Assembly (NCBI GenBank): GCA_964506755.1
Contig: CAZDMH010000022.1
Location: forward strand, 1,253 to 65,252
Direction: 5' to 3'
Source: an uncultured Spirochaetales bacterium
Lineage (GTDB): Bacteria; Spirochaetota; Spirochaetia; DAHUYW01
Length of the DNA stretch: 64,000 nucleotides
A program made the position numbers and the translations under genes. Shown in pieces: positions 1 through 9,348 of this stretch. The notes beneath the pieces are model-generated. The model searched no databases. It saw only the letters and a program-made list of their open reading frames with translations, and was not told the origin of the DNA. Each line of letters starts with the position of its first letter. Position 1 is the first letter of the stretch.

Positions 1-474
1 GCCGGTTATCACCTTGAGGCTCTCCGGGTGGGTGAGGATGAACTCGAGATCGTCGAACTCGCTCGGCAGGTAACGCCGGCTCTTGCGCGCGGTGTCCTTG
101 ATCATCCCGTAACGCAACAGGATCTCCTCGAGGTTGTGCACGATGCGCTCCACCGGGAGCGATTCGGCGATGATGCCGTTTACCTCGAGGTGCACCGCTT
201 TCGCGGCCTCCTGCACCGAGAATATATCGCCGCGCAGGAGGATGAAGATGCTCTCGTGGCGCGCCTTGTTGTCGCGCAGCAGGCGCAGAAAGGGTTTCCA
301 GTGGCGCGGAAATGCGGCGCAGCTGAAGAGCACGATCTGAGCATCGGTCTCCTCGATGTTATCCATGGCTTTGATGGGGTTGAGATACTGGATGATTTCG
401 ATGCCGAGCGGTTTGAGATGAAAGGCGAGGCTCTCCTTCATTTCATCATTGCCGACAATGAGCTGTAGCTTCAT
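1..474 (-). CDS. Partial CDS (3' end lies beyond window start): degenerate receiver-like domain followed by a PilZ-like RxxxR motif; putative c-di-GMP effector
   Basis: Absent from the ORF track because it has no stop in the window. The reverse complement from ATG 474..472 reads MKLQLIVGNDEMKESLAFHLKPLGIEIIQYLNPIKAMDNIEETDAQIVLFSCAAFPRHWKPFLRLLRDNKARHESIFILLRGD...ARKSRRYLPSEFDDLEFILTHPESLKVITG. The ATG overlaps the TGA of the upstream gene (ATGA). It has a CheY-like alternating pattern but Ser at the acceptor-Asp position; RKSRR fits PilZ RxxxR. Confidence 0.7.
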   Translation of the reverse strand, partial: MKLQLIVGNDEMKESLAFHLKPLGIEIIQYLNPIKAMDNIEETDAQIVLFSCAAFPRHWKPFLRLLRDNKARHESIFILLRGDIFSVQEAAKAVHLEVNGIIAESLPVERIVHNLEEILLRYGMIKDTARKSRRYLPSEFDDLEFILTHPESLKVITG

Positions 475-1412
475 TCGGTCCCCAGGTTTCTCACGGTGTA
501 ATTGTAGATTAGCCACACATCTTCCGGTCTGTGAAGATAGTAGGTGTACTCCTTGACGTCGCTGTAGCTCGAGTGTGCAAACTTTTCCTTTACCAGAACG
601 GTGGCCTCTGTCGGGGTGTAGGTCGTCTTCTCGATCGTAAAATCGCTCGGCACGACGAGGATGTCGCTGTCGGTCTTCTCCTGCTGGAGTTGCTTCTTGA
701 AATTGTCGACCATATCGTGCTGTTCCTGATCTGAGGCACGCTGGTAGCGGCGCTTCATGTCAGGCTGCTGGAGCATGAGCTCCTTCACGTCGATGTACAG
801 GAAGAACTTGTTCCACGCCCCTTTTTGCCGCGCGTGGAGCATGTAGGCTACCACCTCGTCGGGGGCAAGCGCCTCCTGCTGGAGCACCTTTCCGGTCGCC
901 TGGTCGATTGCCGCCTGCACGGCGGGGGTGGTGCCGGGTCGGACGTTGAGCGTGAGGGTGTTCGACGTCATCACCTCACTCGTGGTGGGGGTGTAGAGAT
1001 CGGGATAAAAAAGCCCCCGGATCACGTAGACGCCCGGCCCCGAAAGCTTGACGAAGTCCGAGAGGTTCTCCGTGAACGAATACTGATCTCCGGGGTCGAG
1101 GGCAACGTCGCGGAAGAAGACCGGTTGATTCGTGTTTCGCTCCATGATAAATTGGTCCGAATGTTGCTCAGCGACGTTGGTCAGCGTCTTCACGTCGAAA
1201 TCGATGTTGAAGACGTGGTGGTCGGCCAACTTGAAGCGAAAGGTCTTTGAGGAGTTGTTCTCGATTTCGATTTTAATCGGGATCTTGCTGTCCGGGTAGG
1301 CGATCTGCTGATTGTAGAAGCGGATCGTGAAATTGACGCCTTCACCGACACCAAACGCCGAAGACAAACCGAGGATCATCAAAATTCCGAATATGCCTAA
1401 GAACCTTTTCAA
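471..1412 (-). CDS. Exported hypothetical protein (signal peptide; beta-rich N-terminal half; family not recognised)
   Basis: The track ORF is 471..1463. ATG 1463 would overlap the divergent mfd ATG (1454) head-to-head by 10 nt. In-frame TTG 1412..1410, preceded by GGTGGAGAG, gives MKRFLGIFGILMILGLSSAFG, a classical signal peptide. The start is therefore uncertain (1412 or 1463). Confidence 0.75.
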   Translation of the reverse strand: MKRFLGIFGILMILGLSSAFGVGEGVNFTIRFYNQQIAYPDSKIPIKIEIENNSSKTFRFKLADHHVFNIDFDVKTLTNVAEQHSDQFIMERNTNQPVFFRDVALDPGDQYSFTENLSDFVKLSGPGVYVIRGLFYPDLYTPTTSEVMTSNTLTLNVRPGTTPAVQAAIDQATGKVLQQEALAPDEVVAYMLHARQKGAWNKFFLYIDVKELMLQQPDMKRRYQRASDQEQHDMVDNFKKQLQQEKTDSDILVVPSDFTIEKTTYTPTEATVLVKEKFAHSSYSDVKEYTYYLHRPEDVWLIYNYTVRNLGTE

Positions 1413-1453
1413 TGCGACTCTCCACCCATCCGTTTTAATCTTCGGTAGAATCC

Positions 1454-4400
1454 ATGATAACATTATTCCAAAATAAGGTCAGCGAACGCCTCAAGAAGTA
1501 CACGCCCTATAAGAAGATCCTGGGCCGCCTCGCCGCAAGGAGCTTTCCGGTCGAGATCGAAGGGCCGCACGGTCTGTTTCTCGCTATCCTGATATCGGAG
1601 CTCCAGCACGCGATGAAGGAGACCTCCCTCGTCGTCGCACCGAACGAGCAGGAGGCGGAAGCGCTCTACCGGGACCTCAGGCTCTTCGAGCCGGGGGTTT
1701 CGGTCTTTCCCTGGTGGGGCACGATTCCCTATCGCGGCGTAGCGCCCCAGGCGCAGATCTTCGGCCAGCGCATGACGAACCTGATGCGGCTGCTCGAGGG
1801 TGAGAAACTCGTCATCGTCGCATCCCTGCGGGCGTTTCTTACCCCGGTCCCCCCACCTTCGTTCCTCGAGAAGATGGCGATTAGGGTCAGCACCGGCGAT
1901 GAGTTCGACCCCATCGCGCTCGAGACCACCCTGCAGAGCTACGGATACCTGCGGGTTCCGAGGGTCAGCGTGCCCGGGGAGTTCGCGCTGCGGGGCGAGG
2001 TGCTCGACGTCTATCCGGCGGGCGAGGAGGAGGCGATCCGGATCGTTTTCGGTTTCGATACGGTCGAGGATATCCGCCACTTCGATCCTATTTCACAGTC
2101 CTCCACCGGCTCGCTCGAGGAGGTGCATCTCATCCCTGTTCGCGAGCTGTTGTGGACCGATGCACGGATAGAGGGACTCGAGAGACGGTTTCGAACGCTG
2201 AAAGGGAGCTCGGAAGCGGCTGAGGCGCTCATCGAGGAGCTCCGCATCAATCGGACCTGCCGGAATGAGGAGCTCTACTTTCCCTTGAGCTTCGAGGCTC
2301 CAGGCTCATTGAGCGACTATCTCACCGACTCCTCGACGCTCTTCTTGGTCGATCCGGAACGGCTCTCCTCGGGAGGCGAAATTCTCTCCCGCGAGTACTC
2401 GGACCTCTACGTTTCAGCGAGAAGCGCCGCGTCAAACGGCGGCGGCACCAAGAAAGGTGCGGCTGCCCGAGCGCTCCTGCCGCAAGGCGATGAGATACTC
2501 CTGCCCCTCTCCGAGCTCGTCGAGTCGCGGGAGCGCAAGATTCTCTTCCCCTCGATCAAGGCGCCCGGTGCCGCCGAGCGGATCGAGGTGCCCTGCGACG
2601 GCGCACGCTCGTTCTTCGGCAACGTCGCCTTTCTCAAGGAGGAGCTCGGCAACCTCGTCGAGGCCGGCTACGAGGTGACCATCTTCTCGGAGTCCGAGTC
2701 GCAGGGGCTGCGCATCGAGCACCTGCTCAGGGAGTTCCCGGTCGAGATCGTCCCGATGAGCGTCTCGGCCGGATTCTCGCTGCCGGAGCTCAAGATAGCC
2801 GTCATCCAGGAGAACGAGATCTTCGGCCGCCGCCGGCGCATTCCCGCTTCGGTGCGCACGGCCAAAAGCCGCGCAATCGACACCTTCGTCGAGCTCGCTC
2901 CCGGCGACTTCGTCGTGCACGTAAACTACGGTATCGGCAAGTTCCTCGGCATCGAACGCATCACCGCGGCGGGAACCGAGCGCGACTACATCCGCCTCGA
3001 GTATGCCGGCGAGGAGATGATATTCATCCCCATCGAGCAGGTGAACCTCATCCAGCGCTACATCGGCCAGGAGGGTAGGGAGCCGCGCCTCGACCGCATG
3101 GGCGGCAAGTCCTGGGAGAACCGTAAGGACAAGGTGCGCCGCTCGGTCGAGGACCTCGCCCATCGGCTCGTCGAGCTCTACGCCCGCAGAAAGACCGCGC
3201 AGGGCTACGGCTATCCGCCGGATACCGATTGGCAGCTGGAGTTCGAGGCCGCCTTCCCCTATGAGGAGACCGAGGACCAGCTTCGCTGCATCGAGGAGGT
3301 CAAAGCCGATATGCAGGCGCCGCGGCCGATGGACCGCCTGATCTGCGGCGATGTCGGATACGGCAAGACCGAGGTCGCGATGCGCGCCGCCTTCAAGGCG
3401 ATCTTCGGGGGCAAGCAGGTGGTCTTCCTCGCGCCGACCACGATCCTCGCCGAGCAGCACTACGAAACCGCCGTGGATCGATTCGCCCGTTACCCGGTGC
3501 GCATCGAAATGCTCTCGCGCTTCGTACCGACCGTCGAACAGAGGCGGGTCATCAAGGCGGTCGAGGCGGGGGAGGTCGACTTCCTCATCGGCACCCACCG
3601 CCTCCTTCAGCGCGATGTTCACTTCAAGAACCTGGGTCTGCTCATCGTCGACGAGGAGCAGCGCTTCGGAGTGAAGGACAAGGAGCGGCTGAAGGAGCTC
3701 CGCACCGCGGTCGACTGCCTGACCCTTTCGGCCACGCCGATCCCGCGTACCCTGCACATGTCGCTGCTGAAGATTCGCGACATGTCGCTCATCACCACGC
3801 CTCCGAGCAACCGCCGTCCGATCGAGACCTTCATCCGTGAGTACGACGAAGACGTCGTGGTCGAGGCGATTCGCCGGGAGGTGGAGCGGGGAGGGCAGGT
3901 CTTCTACCTTCACAACCGCGTCGAGACTCTCGAGCACGTGAAGATCTTCCTTCAGAAGCTCATGCCGGAGATCATCGTCGACACCGCCCATGGCCAGATG
4001 AGCTCCCACGAGCTCGAGGACATCATGCACCGCTTCATCCACCTCGGCTCCCAGGTCCTCGTCGCCACGACGATCATCGAGAACGGCATCGATATACCGA
4101 ACGTCAACACGATCGTCATCGACCGGGCCGACATGTACGGCATCAGCCAGCTCTACCAGCTCAGGGGGCGCGTCGGCCGATCGAACCGCATCGCCTACGC
4201 CTACCTCCTCTATCCCGGTGAGCGCCCCCTCACCGAGCTCGCGATGAAGCGACTGCAGATCATCTCCGATTACACGGAGCTCGGCTCGGGATTCAAGATC
4301 GCCCTCAAAGACCTCGAGGTGCGCGGAGCGGGCAACCTGCTCGGCCGCGAGCAACACGGGGACATCCTCTCGGTCGGGTTCGACATGTACCTGCGAATTC

Positions 4401-4888
4401 TCGACGAGGCGGTGGCCGAGCTGAGCGAAGAGAAGGCGGAGAAGCCGCCGGAGGTCTATCTGGAGCTTGACTACTCCGGCTACATACCCGACAGCTATAT
4501 CACTGAGCCGGTGGAGAAGATGGAGGTCTACAAGAAGATCGCCTCGGTTACCACCCAGGAGGAGCTCGATCAGGTTCATCTCGAGCTGCAGGACCGCTTC
4601 GGCCCGCTGCCGGAAGCGGTGCACAGCCTGCTCTCGCTTGCAGAGATCCGCATCATCTGCCGCGATCTCTCCATTGCCGCACTGCGCGAGCGGGGGGGAA
4701 CGGTGGAGATTGAGTTTGCCAAGGTCTCGGTGGTGTCGGCAGAGAAGGTGGTACGGCTCATCCAGGAGAGCGCGGGCAACGTGAAGCTGTCGCCACAGCG
4801 TCCCAACGTCCTGCTGCTCAAGAGCGAGAAGATCGGGCTTTCCGAGAAATCGGAATACCTTCGCCAGCGTCTTTCCATGCTCGTCTGA
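1454..4888 (+). CDS. mfd: Transcription-repair coupling factor Mfd
   Basis: 1144 aa with an SF2 helicase core (GDVGYGKTEVAMRAAF, LIVDEEQRFGV, LSATPIPRTL). It has a UvrB-homology N-terminal region and a C-terminal TRCF region, and the length is typical of Mfd. Confidence 0.97.
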   Translation: MITLFQNKVSERLKKYTPYKKILGRLAARSFPVEIEGPHGLFLAILISELQHAMKETSLVVAPNEQEAEALYRDLRLFEPGVSVFPWWGTIPYRGVAPQAQIFGQRMTNLMRLLEGEKLVIVASLRAFLTPVPPPSFLEKMAIRVSTGDEFDPIALETTLQSYGYLRVPRVSVPGEFALRGEVLDVYPAGEEEAIRIVFGFDTVEDIRHFDPISQSSTGSLEEVHLIPVRELLWTDARIEGLERRFRTLKGSSEAAEALIEELRINRTCRNEELYFPLSFEAPGSLSDYLTDSSTLFLVDPERLSSGGEILSREYSDLYVSARSAASNGGGTKKGAAARALLPQGDEILLPLSELVESRERKILFPSIKAPGAAERIEVPCDGARSFFGNVAFLKEELGNLVEAGYEVTIFSESESQGLRIEHLLREFPVEIVPMSVSAGFSLPELKIAVIQENEIFGRRRRIPASVRTAKSRAIDTFVELAPGDFVVHVNYGIGKFLGIERITAAGTERDYIRLEYAGEEMIFIPIEQVNLIQRYIGQEGREPRLDRMGGKSWENRKDKVRRSVEDLAHRLVELYARRKTAQGYGYPPDTDWQLEFEAAFPYEETEDQLRCIEEVKADMQAPRPMDRLICGDVGYGKTEVAMRAAFKAIFGGKQVVFLAPTTILAEQHYETAVDRFARYPVRIEMLSRFVPTVEQRRVIKAVEAGEVDFLIGTHRLLQRDVHFKNLGLLIVDEEQRFGVKDKERLKELRTAVDCLTLSATPIPRTLHMSLLKIRDMSLITTPPSNRRPIETFIREYDEDVVVEAIRREVERGGQVFYLHNRVETLEHVKIFLQKLMPEIIVDTAHGQMSSHELEDIMHRFIHLGSQVLVATTIIENGIDIPNVNTIVIDRADMYGISQLYQLRGRVGRSNRIAYAYLLYPGERPLTELAMKRLQIISDYTELGSGFKIALKDLEVRGAGNLLGREQHGDILSVGFDMYLRILDEAVAELSEEKAEKPPEVYLELDYSGYIPDSYITEPVEKMEVYKKIASVTTQEELDQVHLELQDRFGPLPEAVHSLLSLAEIRIICRDLSIAALRERGGTVEIEFAKVSVVSAEKVVRLIQESAGNVKLSPQRPNVLLLKSEKIGLSEKSEYLRQRLSMLV

Positions 4889-4906
4889 TTTCGCTACTAT
4901 CTCGCC

Positions 4907-5572
4907 ATGGATTACCAGATCCGCAGCTACGTCATCCGTCCAGGCAGGATCACCAAGCTGCAGCGCGGCTCTCTCGATCGACTCTCAAATCGCTACTGCC
5001 TCACGTTCGGTGAGGAGCTGCTCGATCTCGACGCGCTCTTTCCGGATTGCGAGCGCGTGGTCGTCGAAATCGGCTTCGGGATGGGGATGGCGACCTCGGA
5101 GATTGCCGCAGCAAATCCCGGGACAGGGTATCTGGGGATCGAGGTGTTCCGTGCCGGTGTGGGAAAGCTGCTCTCGGAGATCGAGCGGCGCGAGCTGACG
5201 AACGTGCGGATTGTCGCCCACGACGCAGTAGAGGTGTGCCGGCAGATGATACCCGACGGAAGCCTCGACGGGGTGCACATCTTCTTCCCCGACCCGTGGC
5301 CGAAGAAACGGCACCACAAGCGGCGGCTCGTCCAGCCCCCGTTCACCTCGCTCATCTCTCGCAAGTTGAAGAGAGGCGGCTATCTTTACACCGTGACCGA
5401 CTGGGACGACTACGCCGAACAGATCCTCACCGTTTACTCCGGGTGCGCCGAGCTGAAAAACGAGTACGAGGGTTTCGCCCCATCGCTTCGCTGGCGGCCT
5501 CAAACGAAGTTCGAACGAAAGGGCCTTGCGGCCGATCATACAATTCACGAAATCTATTTCACGAAAGTCTGA
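4907..5572 (+). CDS. trmB: tRNA (guanine-N7)-methyltransferase
   Basis: 221 aa with the TrmB signature HIFFPDPWPKKRHHKRRL and a SAM-binding fold (VVEIGFGMG). Confidence 0.93.
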   Translation: MDYQIRSYVIRPGRITKLQRGSLDRLSNRYCLTFGEELLDLDALFPDCERVVVEIGFGMGMATSEIAAANPGTGYLGIEVFRAGVGKLLSEIERRELTNVRIVAHDAVEVCRQMIPDGSLDGVHIFFPDPWPKKRHHKRRLVQPPFTSLISRKLKRGGYLYTVTDWDDYAEQILTVYSGCAELKNEYEGFAPSLRWRPQTKFERKGLAADHTIHEIYFTKV

Positions 5573-5692
5573 TCGAGACCTCTCTACAATCATGCAGGCT
5601 GCGGCCCTGCAAGCGGTGCCGATGTGCGGCAGAGGTGTGCCTCCGCCCCGTCGGCGACCGTTTGGGGCCGACAGCAAAAAGGAGCTCTGCAA

Positions 5693-7039
5693 GTGGACGC
5701 GACGCAATTCCTCGAGAAACACACTCCCATAGCGGTTCGCAACAATCAGATCGAGCCCGATGAGTTCACCCGTTACAACGTCAAGCGCGGCCTCAGGAAC
5801 GCCGACGGCACCGGGGTCCTCGTCGGATTGACCGAGATCGGAGACGTGCACGGGTACATCATCGATGAGGGGGAGACCGTTCCGGTCGAGGGACGTCTCC
5901 GATATCGAGGCATCGACGTGCGCGAGATCGTCAGCGGTTTCCAGGAGAACGGTCGCAGAGGATTCGAGGAGGTCGTCTACTTGCTTCTCTTCGGCGAGCT
6001 TCCGACGGCTCCGGTTCTCGAAGAGTTCAACCGTCTGCTCGGTTCATTTCGCACGCTGCCGGACAACTTCACCGAGGACATGATCCTCAAGGCGCCGAGC
6101 TCCAACATCATGAACAAGCTGGCCCGAAGCGTGCTTGCCTACTACTCCTACGATGCAAATCCCGAGGAGGAGAGCTTGAGCAACATCCTCCGCCAGAGCG
6201 TCTCGCTCATCGCGGCGCTGCCGACCATGGCGGCCTACGGCTATCAGGCCAAGAGCCACTACTACGGCCAAAAGAGCCTCTTTATCCACGCGCCGAAGGA
6301 GGAGCTCGGCACCGCCGAGAACCTGCTCCACATGTTCAGGTCCTCCAGCGAGTACAGCCCCCTCGAGGCCGAGCTTCTCGACCTCTGTCTCGTCCTGCAC
6401 GCCGAGCACGGCGGGGGCAACAACAGCGCCTTCACGATTCATGTCGTCTCCTCCGCCTCAACGGACACCTACTCCGCGGTGGCGGCGGCGATCGGCTCCC
6501 TGAAAGGATCGCGCCACGGCGGGGCCAACATAAAAGTGGCCCAGATGATGGACGACATCAAAGCCAACGTGAAGAATTGGACGAGCGAGAAGGAGGTCGA
6601 GCAGTACCTCACGAAGATCATCGAGAAGAAGGCTTTCGACCGCTCGGGGCTCGTCTACGGCATGGGACACGCCGTCTATACACTCTCCGATCCGCGTGCG
6701 GTTCTGCTCAAGGCGCAGGCTGCCCGTCTTGCGGGTGAGAAGGGCGTGGAGAACGAGCTCGCGCTCTACGACCTCGTTGCCTCGATCACACCGAAGGTTT
6801 TCGAGCGGGTGAAGGGCTCGACGAAGGTCATCGCGCCGAACGTCGATTTCTATTCGGGGTTCGTCTACTCGATGCTCGGAATCCCGCGAGAGCTGTTTAC
6901 GCCGATCTTCGCCATCTCGAGGATCGCCGGGTGGTGCGCCCATCGAATCGAGGAGCAGCTCATCGGCGGCCGCATCATTCGCCCCGCCTACAAGTGCGTC
7001 GTCGAGCCGAAAAAATACGCCCCGCTCGCGAAGCGCTGA
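5693..7039 (+). CDS. gltA: Citrate synthase
   Basis: Signatures LVLHAEHGGGNNSAF and GMGHAVYTLSDPR. The track ORF starts at 5624, but AAAGGAG (5678..5684) followed 8 nt later by in-frame GTG 5693 is the better start. Confidence 0.9.
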   Translation: MDATQFLEKHTPIAVRNNQIEPDEFTRYNVKRGLRNADGTGVLVGLTEIGDVHGYIIDEGETVPVEGRLRYRGIDVREIVSGFQENGRRGFEEVVYLLLFGELPTAPVLEEFNRLLGSFRTLPDNFTEDMILKAPSSNIMNKLARSVLAYYSYDANPEEESLSNILRQSVSLIAALPTMAAYGYQAKSHYYGQKSLFIHAPKEELGTAENLLHMFRSSSEYSPLEAELLDLCLVLHAEHGGGNNSAFTIHVVSSASTDTYSAVAAAIGSLKGSRHGGANIKVAQMMDDIKANVKNWTSEKEVEQYLTKIIEKKAFDRSGLVYGMGHAVYTLSDPRAVLLKAQAARLAGEKGVENELALYDLVASITPKVFERVKGSTKVIAPNVDFYSGFVYSMLGIPRELFTPIFAISRIAGWCAHRIEEQLIGGRIIRPAYKCVVEPKKYAPLAKR

Positions 7040-7085
7040 ACGGGGCGGCCGGTTGGTAGCGCGTCACCGACGCGACACCCTGTTT

Positions 7086-9170
7086 CTACTCGTGGGCGGC
7101 GGCGGCCAGCTCTTTTGCCTCGTTGATGACGGTATCCGCGATCTTGCCGGTGACGGGGCTGTAGTGATCGAACTCAACCTCGAACGACGCGGTACCTGAG
7201 GTAATCGAGCGCAGGTCGATCGAGTAGCGCAGCAGCTCCGCCTGTGGAACCTGGGCGTCGATCTGCTCGATGCCGCCGCCGAGCGAGCTCTGTCCGAGCA
7301 CTCGCCCCCTGCGCGAGCTCAAGTCCGAGAGGATGTCACCCACGTGCTCGGAGTTGGCGAACACGTGCAGATTCATGATCGGTTCGAGGAGCACAGGGCC
7401 GGCCTTCTCCATCGCGGCACGGAGCGCGCCCTTGGCTGCAAGACGGAACGACATCTCCGATGAGTCGACCGGGTGCTCTTTCCCGTCGGTGAGCTTTACC
7501 CCTACGTCGACGACCGGATAGCTCGCGAGAACACCTCCCTCCATCGCGTCGTGAAGCCCCTTTTCGATTCCGGGGATGTAGCCCTTCGAGACGGCCATAC
7601 CGCGGATCGCGTTCTCGAACTCGTAATGCTGACCCCGTTCGAGCGGCCGAACCGCGATGACGACCCGACCATATTGACCGTGGCCTCCGGACTGCTTCTT
7701 GTGAGTGTACTCGGCTTCGGAGGACTTCGTAATCGTCTCTCGATAGGCCACGCGCGGAAGCTTGGTCTCCATTTCGAGCTTCTGCGACTCCCTGATCTTG
7801 TCGAGGATCATCGTTATGTGGAGCTCTCCCATTCCGGAGATAACGGTCTCCTTGGTTTCCTTGTTGAAGCTCATCGTGAAGGTGAGGTCCTCTTCGACGA
7901 CGCGGTGAAGGAACTCGGAGAGCTTGTCCTCGTCTTTCTTGCTCTTCGCCATGACCGTCACCGAGTGCACGGGCTGCGGGAGGTCGAGCGCCTTGAAGGC
8001 AAGTTTCTTGTCGCCGCCGCAAAGGCTGTCGCAGGTCTTCACCGATTCGAGCTTGACGAGCACCCCGATATCGCCGGCCGGCAGCTCGCTCACATCTTCG
8101 AGCTTCTTGCCGTTGATCTTGAAGATCTTGCCAAGCTTCTCCTTTTGACCCTCGCGAACGTTTACGAGCTCGGTATCGGGCTTCAGGACGCCGGTTACCA
8201 CCTTGATGAACGAGAGTCGTCCCGAGAACTGGTCGATAGAGGTCTTGAATACGAAGCAACCGGGCGTGCCCTCTGCGGAGATTGGAACCGCCACGGCGCT
8301 GCCATCCGGTCCTTCGGCTTCCTCCTCCTTTCCTGCGGGGGAAGGAGCGGTACGGGCGATAAAGTTGAGCAGCGATATCAGCCCGCTGTTCAGCTCTGCG
8401 CTTCCGCAGAACACGGGGCAAACCCGGTTGTCCCTGAGCCCCTCGAGCAGCCCCTTCCGGATCTCATCCTCGGTGAGAGTGCCGGCGTCGAAGAACTTCT
8501 CGATGAGCCCGTCGTCGCCTTCGGCCGCCGATTCGATCATTGAGGGTCGAAACTCCTCGACCAAAGCCTTCGCATCCTCCGGGATATCGCTCGCGGCTTC
8601 CTTCTTGTTGGGCTCGGGCACGAGGTGAGCCTTCATATCGATGAGATTGACCACGCCCCGGTAGTCGGCTCCGCTTCCGATCGGTACGGTGACCGGGACG
8701 AAGGGGACGCCGAACTTCTCTTTCAAGTCGTCGAGCGTCTCCTTGAAATCGGCGTTTTCACGGTCCATTTTGTTGACGAAGACGATGCGCGGCATATTGC
8801 GATTGTTCAGTCGCCGCCAGAGCTTGATGGTTTCGATCTGAACTCCCGCCTTCGCACCGACGACGAGCACCGAAGACTCCGCGGTGCGCAGGCCGGCCAC
8901 GACCTCCCCGACGAAATCGCCTGAACCGGGGGTATCAAGGATGTTGATGAGCTTGTTTTCCCAGGATACGTGACTCACGGAGGTGTGAATCGAGATCTTG
9001 CGTTCCACCTCCTCTTCGGTGTAATCACTGACGGTTTTACCTGAATCAACGGTTTCGGCCTTTGCAATGGCACCGCCGCCCCAGAGTAGCTGCTCCACGA
9101 GGGTCGTTTTTCCGGTCCCTCCGTGTCCTGTGACAGCTATGTTGCGTATAGCATCGGTGGTGAAGCCCAT
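7086..9170 (-). CDS. Elongation factor G-like GTPase (divergent, EFG-II-like paralogue)
   Basis: 694 aa with five-domain EF-G architecture. G1 is GHGGTGKTT, G3 is DTPGSGDF (Ser where EF-G carries the catalytic His) and G4 is NKMD. Confidence 0.9.
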   Translation of the reverse strand: MGFTTDAIRNIAVTGHGGTGKTTLVEQLLWGGGAIAKAETVDSGKTVSDYTEEEVERKISIHTSVSHVSWENKLINILDTPGSGDFVGEVVAGLRTAESSVLVVGAKAGVQIETIKLWRRLNNRNMPRIVFVNKMDRENADFKETLDDLKEKFGVPFVPVTVPIGSGADYRGVVNLIDMKAHLVPEPNKKEAASDIPEDAKALVEEFRPSMIESAAEGDDGLIEKFFDAGTLTEDEIRKGLLEGLRDNRVCPVFCGSAELNSGLISLLNFIARTAPSPAGKEEEAEGPDGSAVAVPISAEGTPGCFVFKTSIDQFSGRLSFIKVVTGVLKPDTELVNVREGQKEKLGKIFKINGKKLEDVSELPAGDIGVLVKLESVKTCDSLCGGDKKLAFKALDLPQPVHSVTVMAKSKKDEDKLSEFLHRVVEEDLTFTMSFNKETKETVISGMGELHITMILDKIRESQKLEMETKLPRVAYRETITKSSEAEYTHKKQSGGHGQYGRVVIAVRPLERGQHYEFENAIRGMAVSKGYIPGIEKGLHDAMEGGVLASYPVVDVGVKLTDGKEHPVDSSEMSFRLAAKGALRAAMEKAGPVLLEPIMNLHVFANSEHVGDILSDLSSRRGRVLGQSSLGGGIEQIDAQVPQAELLRYSIDLRSITSGTASFEVEFDHYSPVTGKIADTVINEAKELAAAAHE

Positions 9171-9202
9171 GACAACTCCTTTGGAAGTGGTGAGAATAAT
9201 CC

Positions 9203-9231
9203 ACTATAGACTCACCCCAATCGGTTGTCAA
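9203..9231 (-). promoter_or_regulatory. Sigma70-type promoter for the EF-G-like gene
   Basis: On the minus strand: TTGACA (9231..9226), 17 nt, TATAGT (9208..9203). AAAGGAG (9182..9176) sits 5 nt before ATG 9170. Confidence 0.6.
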
Positions 9232-9295
9232 TTGAGTGTAGATTCGCCCTTTTCGTCCGAAAATGTTGATAGCGGGCGACAGAAGTGCCCTCGAT

Positions 9296-9324
9296 TTGAC
9301 GGAAGTCCTTGGCCGGGATAGACT
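9296..9324 (+). promoter_or_regulatory. Sigma70-type promoter for the GGDEF gene
   Basis: TTGACG (9296..9301), 17 nt, TAGACT (9319..9324), located 25 nt upstream of ATG 9349. Confidence 0.55.
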
Positions 9325-9348
9325 TAGTCTCCGGTGGGTGAGGTATCA

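Noticed and set aside
28-468. 146-aa plus-strand ORF at the left edge
   Set aside because: It is antisense to the receiver/PilZ-like frame, which is translationally coupled to the upstream gene. The product has Asp/Glu/Leu-rich antisense-type composition.
2432-4624. 730-aa minus-strand ORF, plus several other long ORFs inside mfd
   Set aside because: It is antisense to an unambiguous Mfd reading frame. The composition (Arg/Leu/Glu/Asp/Gly runs, no motifs) is typical of spurious open frames in GC-rich DNA.
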